DNA from: Eledone cirrhosa
Lineage: Eukaryota
Direction: 5' to 3'
DNA: 64,000 bases
Assembly: GCA_964016885.1 (NCBI GenBank)
Contig: OZ024740.1
Location: 310,496,001-310,560,000 of the forward strand
Positions 52,086 to 64,000 of this stretch are shown here, piece after piece. Under the pieces are notes generated by a model, which worked only from the letters and a program-made list of their open reading frames with translations, searched no databases and had not been told where the DNA came from. Positions within the stretch are counted from its first letter, which is position 1; each line of letters opens with the position of its first letter. A program made the translations under genes and the position numbers.

Positions 52086-55000
52086 ATCACAATACCTGAG
52101 TTACAATGCTCTCTTTGCTGGATTACTTTGAGAGATACTTCTGAAACCTGGGCGAAATTTTCTGTGTCTGGTCATTCAAGTCATCTAGATGACAAAAGAG
52201 AATTTTACAGAATTACTTGTCCAAGAGCGAACAAGGAGTAAGCATACTTTTCCCTATCTCACAGAAATGAGGAAGGCAAGTCTGAAAATTCTCTTTGGGT
52301 GACCACGTTTCGATATTACAAGTGGCAGGGTCGCAGATAAAAGCAAGCAAAAGGTGTGAAGAAAAAAACAATCGCTCTCCATGAAACATTAAAATACACA
52401 GTCCTTTACACACGTAAGGGAGTGCTACTGGGAGGCTTAAAGTATATTCACGGATAAAGTCATTTCGGAAGAAGTTCAAACGAGGTTGTTGGTTTCGATT
52501 ATGCATATCCGGCGAAATTCACGAATTTAATAAATACTGCGAAACAATGCAAAAACGTTATGTAGACTATACTCGCAAGGAACGTACCGAAGCCAAAAAC
52601 ATTCAAAGTCTTTGGAATAAGAAAAACAATGGTTAATGACGGGAATTAGATTTATTAGGAGCCATACTTTAATTCAGATGAATATCCCTCATATGTGTAT
52701 GGATGAAATAGTAAATGATTTAGACATTTTTTTTAATGTAATTGTATCTTGTTTTAAAAATTGGTTGCTTTATTTTATGTAATATATATTGTGTTCTTTA
52801 AGTTACCACTATATACACCTTTTATCTCTTCCATTCCTGATTTTATATAACATTGTCGCGTTCAACTCAAATGTTTTCTACCCCTCTCCCAAATTGAAAA
52901 TGTATTTTTATGTACATCTGTATGTTTGTATGTACAAATGAATGTATCAGCAATTCTAAAGTATGTATTTTTAGAGCAATAGGTGGCCAAGTGTGTATAC
53001 AATATCAATTCATTTTATATACCTTCCAGTTCTGTTAAAGTCGTCTCTTCCTTTGCACAGGTTGCAGTGAATAAATTACTTATAAGACACAATGTTTAAT
53101 AGATTCAATTAAATACACAGTTCCTATCATATGTTTGCCCTCGTGACACTTAACAATTAATTTATTTCTATTGTTGGTTTAGATGATGTCATTGCAATTG
53201 TTACAAACTTAAATTAATGGAGAGGTGATAAGCGAAAAACTGCATTCTAAATCGAAGCAGTTTTAGATTTCTTACGCTAATATTGCTCCCAATTAACTAC
53301 GAAAATGTAAGAAATTTCGATCTTCTCTCAACTTGTCTAAGGCCATTAACAATCAAAAAGGTCTGAAACAAAAACAACCATCTCAACTTATGAAGATATT
53401 GATGCAAACATATTTCCTTTCCCACAATCTATACGCAATACACTTTGTCAACATGCTTATAACGGACCCTTCAACACCTATTTAAAACTGATACACAAAA
53501 GTTCACATGTTTCAGTTACGATTTATTCTTCTTTAATTATCTTGCTATTGACACCAACGCCACCTTACAAACGAGGTCCAAACCTAAGAATTGTGAGTTG
53601 TAACTAAGCTGTGTACCGTTTATATAGGAATTTTTGCTGGATGATTCTATAATACGTTTGGTACATTTCAATCCACTTTATGCTATAAATCTTTCCTTTG
53701 TCACATTTCGAACTACGATATCAACTGTATTATATGCAATGAAATAAATGATTGTTTTCTTTAGCCGAAACAATGTTTTGATGCCAAATATTTTAACAAA
53801 TATATTTGTATTGATCATTCCGCAAAAAAATAACAATTATTCACAAATGAATAAACAAATAAGTTTATTGTACTTATAGACATTTGCAAAATAACAAACA
53901 TTCAACCTTTATTTTTCAGAAATGTCGTAGTTAATTATGTTTTAATAATAGTCACGTTGTTGATTCAGATCTTGCTAGACGGCATGAAATATCGATACGA
54001 AATTTCTCAGCAGATTTAAATAGGTCAGGGAAACAATTATTTCATCGCTCCATTTGTAAATATAGCGTTCTTCCTAATAACTGAAGTCTTTAATTTATTT
54101 GTGATTACGTGAAGTGTGAAATCCTTCTGGATATCAACACGAATTTTATATATGAAAACATTTTGACTTAATGAATATTTCTTGTCATGTTTTCTTCAAC
54201 AGCACGATTATTCAAGGATTAGAGTTTAATTGCTAAGTAGAAAATCATTGCTGAAACTTATATTATTTATGGAATATTTTTCTCCCAGATACGGATTTTC
54301 AAATTACGAAAAATAAAAACTGAATTATACATATATTTTTGTTTTTTATTTGTACACCAATGGTGTTAATAACTTTTTATCTGTATATATTCAGTACAGA
54401 CTTAACCTGTACAGCGTAAATATATGCAGGGTGGGCCAGAATTCATTACTCATTTGATTATTTATAGATCTATTAACACAAAATGTTATAAAACAAGTTA
54501 AGGAATATAATACCATATACAGGCATAAGATCATGAACAAGATGGTAAGTACACGTACATATAAATTAAAACAATAAAATAGCAATAAAATAAGCATGTT
54601 AAGAAATATAACTAACAAGCGACTCATGAATTATTGTCTAACCTGTATATAAATTTGCAAATTCAACATTTAGACATGCACGTATGAAAGGCGTTACGAA
54701 TCTCCATGTAAGTAGAAAAATAATATATATTGTTAAACTTTTTTGTGGTACTCATCAGGGGATATGTACCCGGGAATGAATGTCTGCTTTAGAAAGTAGG
54801 GTGATACACCGGAACGACTGGGGACAGTATGTAAGGTAGCGATGCAACATATTTGAGAAACATGGGACGTGCATTTGGATTCTTATTCGAAAGCAGGTTC
54901 CACTATATACATGTCTCTACTCATACTCAAACATGAAAAGCATAGGAAGGCACAAACAGACAGGTATAAAAACCTAAACAAGCACACACACACACCCACG

Positions 55001-55276
55001 GAAAAATCACACATGAGAAACACAAAGACACATACACAGGCACAGACGCACACAGAGAAACGCCAGAGGGAGTAAATTAAATTATACCATTAGCTACAGA
55101 GAAAAACAAATAGCCATTCAGAAGATCACAGTATATGAGATGAAAGGATGAAAGAACAACTTTCACGAACTAACTGATGACTAATAATAAAGCCGAAGTT
55201 AAAAATCAAATAGTGCGGGTTTGAATGTTGGCAACATGACCATCCCGAAATATAATTAATATATATATATATATAT

Positions 55277-55481
55277 AACGATGGAAATGCGGTAAGGAAC
55301 CAGATAGACCATAACGCACCAAAGTACTCAATACTTAGGGTAGTAGAGTGGGTAATAGGAACAAGTATGACTCCGACGGCAGAGCTCAAGCCGTTTCGAC
55401 GGCTAATTCTGGACTCAATTATGTCCAGAATTAGCCGTCAAAACGGCTTGAGCTCTGCCGCCGGGGTCGTACTTGTTCCTA
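55277..55481. mobile_element. Fold-back mini-element of PLE family B (tail on the left)
   Basis: About 58-bp inverted arms around TCAATTAT; homologous to 37232-37425 and 10205-10345. Confidence 0.88.
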
Positions 55482-56043
55482 TATATATATATATGTGTGT
55501 GTGTGTTAAATGACCGAGAAGTTTTTTAAAACCCGCTACAATTCGATAGAACATACGAAGGCCAAATGATGGTAAATGAAACAAAACAAAACAAAGTACT
55601 GTTTTACTCAGTGTGTTACACTCTTGTTATATCCGTTGTTAAAACAGTACAATATAAAACAAACGAACAATTTGAGTTTTCTTTTCTAACTGATCCTGTG
55701 TTGCCAAAATGTATATGCATGCACGGTCTTGCTACAGTAACTATTCCACCTCGTGCTTCTGTGACCCATTATTTATTTCTGACTTTAATCCGCTAATGAA
55801 AATGGCTTCCTTAATTCTTAAATTTACCGTATTCATTTCACACGCATCTATGGTGACTTCAATGACTTGGTCGCGGCATCTACCAAATAGATTTTGATGG
55901 AAGAATCTCTCATTGTCACATGTTCCTTAATCTGTATGTCTAGTGTCTTTATTGTACTCCCGATGTATGCGGAGTTGCAGTTTGTCCGTGTGCTAACCTC
56001 ATTAAATTCTTCCTAAGAGTTTGTGATTTGCATCTATTCTATA

Positions 56044-56129
<86 letters not shown>

Positions 56130-58309
56130 GGGGGGGTATGTGTGTGGGTATGTGTGTGTGTGTGTAATATATATATATATATATATATATATAATCATCT
56201 GTCACTGGCTAAAATGCAAAACGAATACATACTACGTAATAGTATATGGTATACTCTATTTACTAATATACAACTAAGTATACATTAGTAGATATGTCTT
56301 TTCTGTGAACTATTTCATAATTGCTTATTCCACAATTTAAATGCCTCTCATTACGTTTTAAATTTAAAATTACAACATATTGTTAAATAATAGACCTACT
56401 CCCGGAGATTGATAAGATCTCCAGACTGATAATTACTTTTCGTATTTCTTGAAGTGATGCTGAAACTTCAATGTTTTCCCTAATCTCCATGATATAAATA
56501 GCCACAAGTTAAAATAAAATATTATTCTGTGCGCGGTGGAGTCACGTTATACAATAAACGTATTGCATGAATAATGTTGGAACAACTATACTTTTGCATG
56601 AACTTTTTGACTGTTTTAGATTCTACTTTCAGTTTGAATCGTGACTTGAATTCAGATTTCGCCAATACTTCCTTGTTTTCATATTACTTACTCTACCTAT
56701 CTCATATTCTCAATAAGACAATATATTGCGCAATTCACCATGTATTAGGAGACAGAATCGAATGATATATGATCTTTTCAATGAGGGGTTGTCAAACATA
56801 TAGCATTTATCTAAAGTTTTTCTGAAACCAATTTCTTTTTAAGTTTTAACTTTTCTTCAGTAATTTTTACTCATATTATATCAAGATGGAATTTTCTTTA
56901 TCTATATTATTTAAAGATATATTTTGTTTAGCTGTGAATAGTTTCCATGGTTGCGGAGCAATAAACTCGAAGAACAGCCAACTCATGTTTTATGGCTAAT
57001 ATATGCATTTAAAACACTACATAGTTGACTATATAAAGATATATGCGTAAAAAGTAAAATTAAATACCAAAAATAAAAATGAAGTGCATTGAGTGGGTAT
57101 CAAATTATTCAGATATTTATTGTAGATATATGTTACCTTAGTTGTAGTTCGACTCTCAGTAAAATGAAATCACTGTCATACTCTGTGAAGTATGTCTCAT
57201 ATGATTAATGTTTTAAAACTATTTTCATATAAACCAAATATCATGCTTTACTCTAATAGTTTAGATAATCTCTATAATCGTATACCCATCCTAGCTGTGA
57301 TGATTCAATAAATTCAACTTAAATTAATATTTTCAACTATAATCGATATCCTACTTTACCATCAAAGTCACACAAAAAACATAATCTATATACGAGAGAT
57401 ACACACACCATCAATATCATGACAATAAATTCCGTCACTATCACCACTGTCACTCCAGTTAATTATATTGTTTCTGTCGCTTTGTCATTACTACTTTCAC
57501 CCGCTCGAATATCTACCATCATCATTAGCAGCATAATTCTCATCTTCATTCTTACCATCTTTCCTATCCTCCTCCTCCGTTTCGTTCTGCTTCTAATCTT
57601 CTGCCTCTTCATCATCATCAACATCACATACTTCCAGAGAGATTCCATAGAAGTGATGAAATTACTTCCCTGTTCACACTAAAACCATAACCACTGAAAC
57701 TTAGCTTTTCTATTTATATTTGAATCATATTGGAGACAATCTTCTTAAACATGTTTGTCTGGTTGGATGAGGTTACTAGATTATATCTTTCATTCTTCTA
57801 AGTTTCTAACTACGTCTGGATATGTTTCATCTACGCATTTTTCAAAGTGAGTGGTGAGCGTCCACTTTTCTCAGCCATATACAAGACTTGCTAAAACTAC
57901 CATCAATATTTAAAAAAACACCTTTATTATTCCCCTTATATATTTGATTTTCTTGTTTTCACTTCTCTGTGTTTTCTTCTCCAGCTTATTTTCTACCTTT
58001 CCTACCTCTCATACTTTAGATTCTTCTTCTTATTCTCCTCATCTTCAATATGTATTTGATTACTAACTTTTCCCATTCTGCTTTATATTTTGTTTTGGAC
58101 TTTAACTAATAGTGGGGGTGAAATTAATTATATTTATATCTCCTATAAAATCAATCAATCATTGAGAATTGAAGGCAGACATGTCATGAACTTTTGACTC
58201 AAATGAAGCGATTAACATTTATTTCAAAATGCACCAACTTCTGATACACTTACTGATGCATTTGATCATCGGAAAACAGACCAATTCAATATGGTGAATT
58301 AATCAATAT

Positions 58310-58769
58310 ATGAATACATATATATATACGTATATATATATATATTATATATATATATATTATATATACATATATATATATTATATATACATATATATAT
58401 ATATATTATATATATATATACATATATATATATATTATATATATATATATATCTACATATATATTATATATATATACATATATATACATATATTATATAT
58501 ATATATATAATATACATATATTATATATATATATATATATAATATACATATATTATATATATATATATATAATATACATATATTATATATATATATATAT
58601 AATATACATATATTATATATATATATATAATATGCATATATTATATATATATATATAATATACATATATTATATATATATATATATAATATACATATATT
58701 ATATATATATAACGTACATATATATATATATATATGTATATATACAATCTACATATATATATATATATA

Positions 58770-58813
<44 letters not shown>

Positions 58814-58820
58814 CATATAT

Positions 58821-58859
<39 letters not shown>

Positions 58860-58882
58860 CATATATTATGTATATATATATA

Positions 58883-58939
<57 letters not shown>

Positions 58940-58967
58940 ATATACATATATTATGTATATATATATA

Positions 58968-59018
<51 letters not shown>

Positions 59019-59051
59019 CATATATATATATATAATATACATATATTATGT

Positions 59052-59104
<53 letters not shown>

Positions 59105-59127
59105 CATATATTATGTATATATATATA

Positions 59128-59200
<73 letters not shown>

Positions 59201-59224
59201 ATATACATATATTATGTATACATA

Positions 59225-59256
<32 letters not shown>

Positions 59257-59284
59257 ATATACATATATTATGTATATATATATA

Positions 59285-59355
<71 letters not shown>

Positions 59356-59383
59356 ATATACATATATTATGTATATATATATA

Positions 59384-59438
<55 letters not shown>

Positions 59439-59455
59439 ATATACATATAGTATGT

Positions 59456-59512
<57 letters not shown>

Positions 59513-59519
59513 CATATAT

Positions 59520-59565
<46 letters not shown>

Positions 59566-59593
59566 ATATACATATATTATGTATATATATATA

Positions 59594-59650
<57 letters not shown>

Positions 59651-59670
59651 ATATACATATATTATGTATA

Positions 59671-59702
<32 letters not shown>

Positions 59703-59730
59703 ATATACATATATTATGTATATATATATA

Positions 59731-59787
<57 letters not shown>

Positions 59788-59815
59788 ATATACATATATT
59801 ATGTATATATATATA

Positions 59816-59870
<55 letters not shown>

Positions 59871-59898
59871 ATATACATATATTATGTATATATATATA

Positions 59899-59929
<31 letters not shown>

Positions 59930-60308
59930 CACATATATATACATATATATATATAATATACATATATTATATATATATATATAATATATACATATTATAT
60001 ATATATATATAATATATACATATATTATATATATATATATATAATATACATATATTATACATATATTATATATATATATATAATATATACATATTATATA
60101 TATATATATAATATATACATATATTATATATATATATATATAATATACATATATTATATATATTTAATATATATATATATATATACGATATATACATACA
60201 CATATATATATATAGATAGATAGATATAAATATTTTTGCGCATGTGTGTGTATGTATAAATAAATATATATGTGTGTCTATATATATATATATGTGCGTG
60301 TGTGTATA

Positions 60309-60363
<55 letters not shown>

Positions 60364-60479
60364 GATATATACATACACATATATATATATAGATAGATAG
60401 ATATAAATATTTTTGCGTATGTGTGTGTATGTATAAATAAATATATATGTGTGTCTATATATATATATATATATATGTG

Positions 60480-60521
<42 letters not shown>

Positions 60522-60620
60522 CACGCACATATATATACATTTGCAGAGTGAGAAAGAGAGTGATATATATATATACATTCATACATGCTTATATATATAT
60601 ATACATACATATATGAGGGG
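58310..60620. repeat. Complex (TA)n-derived satellite
   Basis: Recurring TATAATATACATATATTATG punctuation; about 180-bp duplication at 60180/60360. Confidence 0.95.
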
Positions 60621-60995
60621 GGGGGGGGTCTCTGATTGTGTCCATGTGTGTGTTTGTGAGTGTTTAGTTATATATCGTAATTTATCTTTTCCTCCTGTCT
60701 TTCTATGACCTTTGTATTGATGGCATTCACTGCCGGTACATTCTACTAAAATGAAGCCTTCAATATTACCGCAGGATAGCAATCACTAATGTAATTATTT
60801 AAAATGGATGTCCTGCGCAATCGATTACAGGAGAAATCAATTACTGAGCCAACATTCCCCACTTTGTAACCATTCATTTGGCAATGGAATTAATATTATA
60901 TCAATAGAATATTAAATATATAATTTATATTCTAAATATAAATACATGTGGCAGCAGTGGTATAGATATTTACAGTTATATGTGTATATGTTTTG

Positions 60996-61004
<9 letters not shown>

Positions 61005-61048
<44 letters not shown>

Positions 61049-61845
61049 TATATAATTATATATATATATAATTATATATATATATAATTATATATATATA
61101 ATTATATATATATAATTATATATATATAATTATATATATATAATTATATATATATATAATTATATATATATATAATTATATATATATATAATTATATATA
61201 TATATAATTATATATATATATAATTATATATATATATAATTATATATATATATAATTATATATATATATAATTATATATATATATATAATTATATATATA
61301 TATATAAGTATATATATATATATATAAGTATATATATATATATATATATAATTATATATATATATATATATATAATTATATATATATATATATATATAAT
61401 TATATATATATATATATATATAATTATATATATATATATAATTATATATATATATATATATATAATTATATATATATATATATATATAATTATATATATA
61501 TATATATATATAATTATATATATATATATAATTATATATATATATATAATTATATATATATATATATATATATAATTATATATATATATATATATAATTA
61601 TATATATATATATATATATATAATTATATATATATATATAATTATATATATAATTATATATATTTATAATTATATATATATATATATATATATAATTATA
61701 TATATATATATATATATATAATTATATATATATATATATATATATATAATTATATATATATATAATTATATATATAATTATATATATTTATAATTATATA
61801 TATATATATATATATATAATTAGATATATATATATATATATATAG
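61005..61845. repeat. (TA)n array with regular AATT phase shifts
   Basis: Repeated TATAATTATA units. Confidence 0.95.
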
Positions 61846-62829
61846 GGACACAGATAGGGGGGGAGAGATAGTCAGACAGATGAGCGGATATGGTATGTGT
61901 AGATCTGTGCCTGGGGGTTTATAGATTGCATGAATATTCATAAAATATATATGGGAATCAATTTCTGGAGCATAAAGGATATATAAATATACATAAACAT
62001 ATGGATATAAATGATTGGGCATACACACATACACGTGTCTGTGGATATGTGCGTGCGTAATAAATATCTATCATTTCTGACCAAATTATGAAAAATCTCA
62101 TATCTTAATATATGTAAATGCTATTTATAGTGTATTCAAATAAAAGTATTAATTGTTTGTGTGTTCTCAATGTATATATTTAAGTTATATTAAAAACTAT
62201 ATGCAAACAAGAATCGTATTTTGTTACCGTAATGTTGTATACTTATAAATTATGTATTTACTTACACCGTGCTTCAAAATTTCATATTTTGCTCTCTTTC
62301 AGTGTTTGGTTTTATGTATTCGCTTATTCAGCACAACGAAACCTATGAGGTATTCCTGTACCATTGTGTTATAACTAAAATGTTACCGTTTCAACTTGAA
62401 AGATCGAACCAATTCAAGTAGGAAATTATTCGTATAAGTAGAGAAATTTATATTCCTAATACAAGTATTCTATATTTAGTGAAAGAAAACATTACATAAT
62501 TCAGATCAGCATAACATTCTATTTATTAACATTTACATTGAATTAATTCTAACAATAGCACAGTAACCTTGTTCATTTCCGTTATATGTGAAATTTTATT
62601 CGCATTTCTCATACACAAAGACATGTTTTCATTTCAAAGCTTCTATTTCTTTATTCTGGTGATTTAAATCCTCACCTAAATCTACTCACTACATTTAATA
62701 CACCAAACAGTGTTGTATATCAAATTGAAATATAAAATCATGACTATGTAGTAGACACTAACGAACAAGGACAAACAAAACAAGGCCGATATGAAGTAAT
62801 ATATCCATGACCATGCATATATGTGTGAT

Positions 62830-62965
<136 letters not shown>

Positions 62966-63269
62966 AGAGACGGTTTTATTCGTGCATCCTCACTGTATTC
63001 GTTATACGCATTTCCAAGATGTAATGTAGTTATATAATAATCCCCTTACACGTTCTCTTCAGACCAATATACAAACGAGATGCAATTTTCCACTACGGAC
63101 GTGCTAGTCAACTATATATATATATATATATGGGGAGGGGGCAGCTTACAGCGTAAGATATTTGTTTCTTGTTTCTACGTTCTCTCTACAAATCCCGCTC
63201 GTGTCAAATTTGCTTTATATCATTTAAGCTTCGATAAAGAAGTCATTACCAGCCCAGTACTGGTGTAGA

Positions 63270-63720
63270 CTTCAACATCTCCGGCTCTCACATCCTGGTT
63301 GATCCTCTGGATGAAAGGAAGAATATAGGTAGAGGTTAGCATGTATACTGAATTGACAATAGCGAGTTTGGCTTTTACGCCTACCTTCTTCTGATTACCG
63401 AATGCTGAAGCTGGCGCATTACTGCACCAGCTCCTGCAATTCTTGCACCTAATTTAGCCTTTTGCCTTCCATCACTTGTGAACAGGTCCCTCAGATACTT
63501 GAAATTCTCTACCTGCTTCAGTGGAACTCTATTCACATGTAGAGTACACTGCACAGGCGTGCTTGAGGGAACAGTTTTCGTAGTTTTCCATAGTTGTCGT
63601 ACCACTGATTTTCATTCCAGCCATGCAGTACTCGGCATCAAACCTATCAAATGCAAATCGGAACCACCTTCTGTTGAGTTAAGTAACACAATGTCGTCTG
63701 CAAATTCCAGCGACTAACTT
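63270..63720 (-). mobile_element. RTE LINE RT fragment
   Basis: EFADDIVLL...LHVNRVPLKQVENFKYLRDLFTSDG...RIAGAGAVMRQL...AKLAIVNSVY. Confidence 0.8.
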
Positions 63721-64000
63721 TATACCCGCCAGTTAGGAATAGCACTTACAACCCGGCGGCGCATGTTAATCCTGTTCATTTAAATAATGATCAGAAGAGG
63801 TGAAAGTACACACCCCTGGCGGAGTCCGACTCCCACATTGAATGGTGTCGATTTAACACCATTTCTCCGCACATATAATGAATTAATCTATATTTTAGAT
63901 CTATTTTCAGCAGTGTGTGAAACATTTTAAAATTATAGTATCTATTCATTGAAAAACAATATTTAATGACCATCAATTTCAAAGTTATTGTAATTTATTA

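Noticed and set aside
51726-52241. 171-aa ORF
   Set aside because: Runs through a decayed SINE; not a credible protein.

Overview
AT-rich, microsatellite-saturated eukaryotic DNA, most likely octopod cephalopod (inferred from the dominant tRNA-derived SINE). No host protein-coding gene could be supported. Most predicted ORFs are (TA)n/(CA)n/(CAA)n artefacts, and the recognisable coding is decayed transposon: Penelope-like elements (PLEs), CRE, R4/Dong, CR1-group, RTE and Tx1 LINEs, a Charlie-type hAT with a perfect TSD, and a non-autonomous Helitron. The main signal is about 14 type-I hammerhead ribozyme (HHR) cores, intact or decayed, plus several half-cores, read by eye. They sit in PLE 3' ends, in non-coding tandem units of about 420, 555 and 650 nt (retrozyme-like, predicted circular RNAs) and in about 200-400-bp fold-back elements, nearly all inserted in (TA)n. 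Several unrelated families share one architecture: two oppositely oriented arms, each ending at one of two family-specific termini about 55-105 nt apart, both at TA microhomologies. All folds and alignments were done by hand and need computational confirmation.
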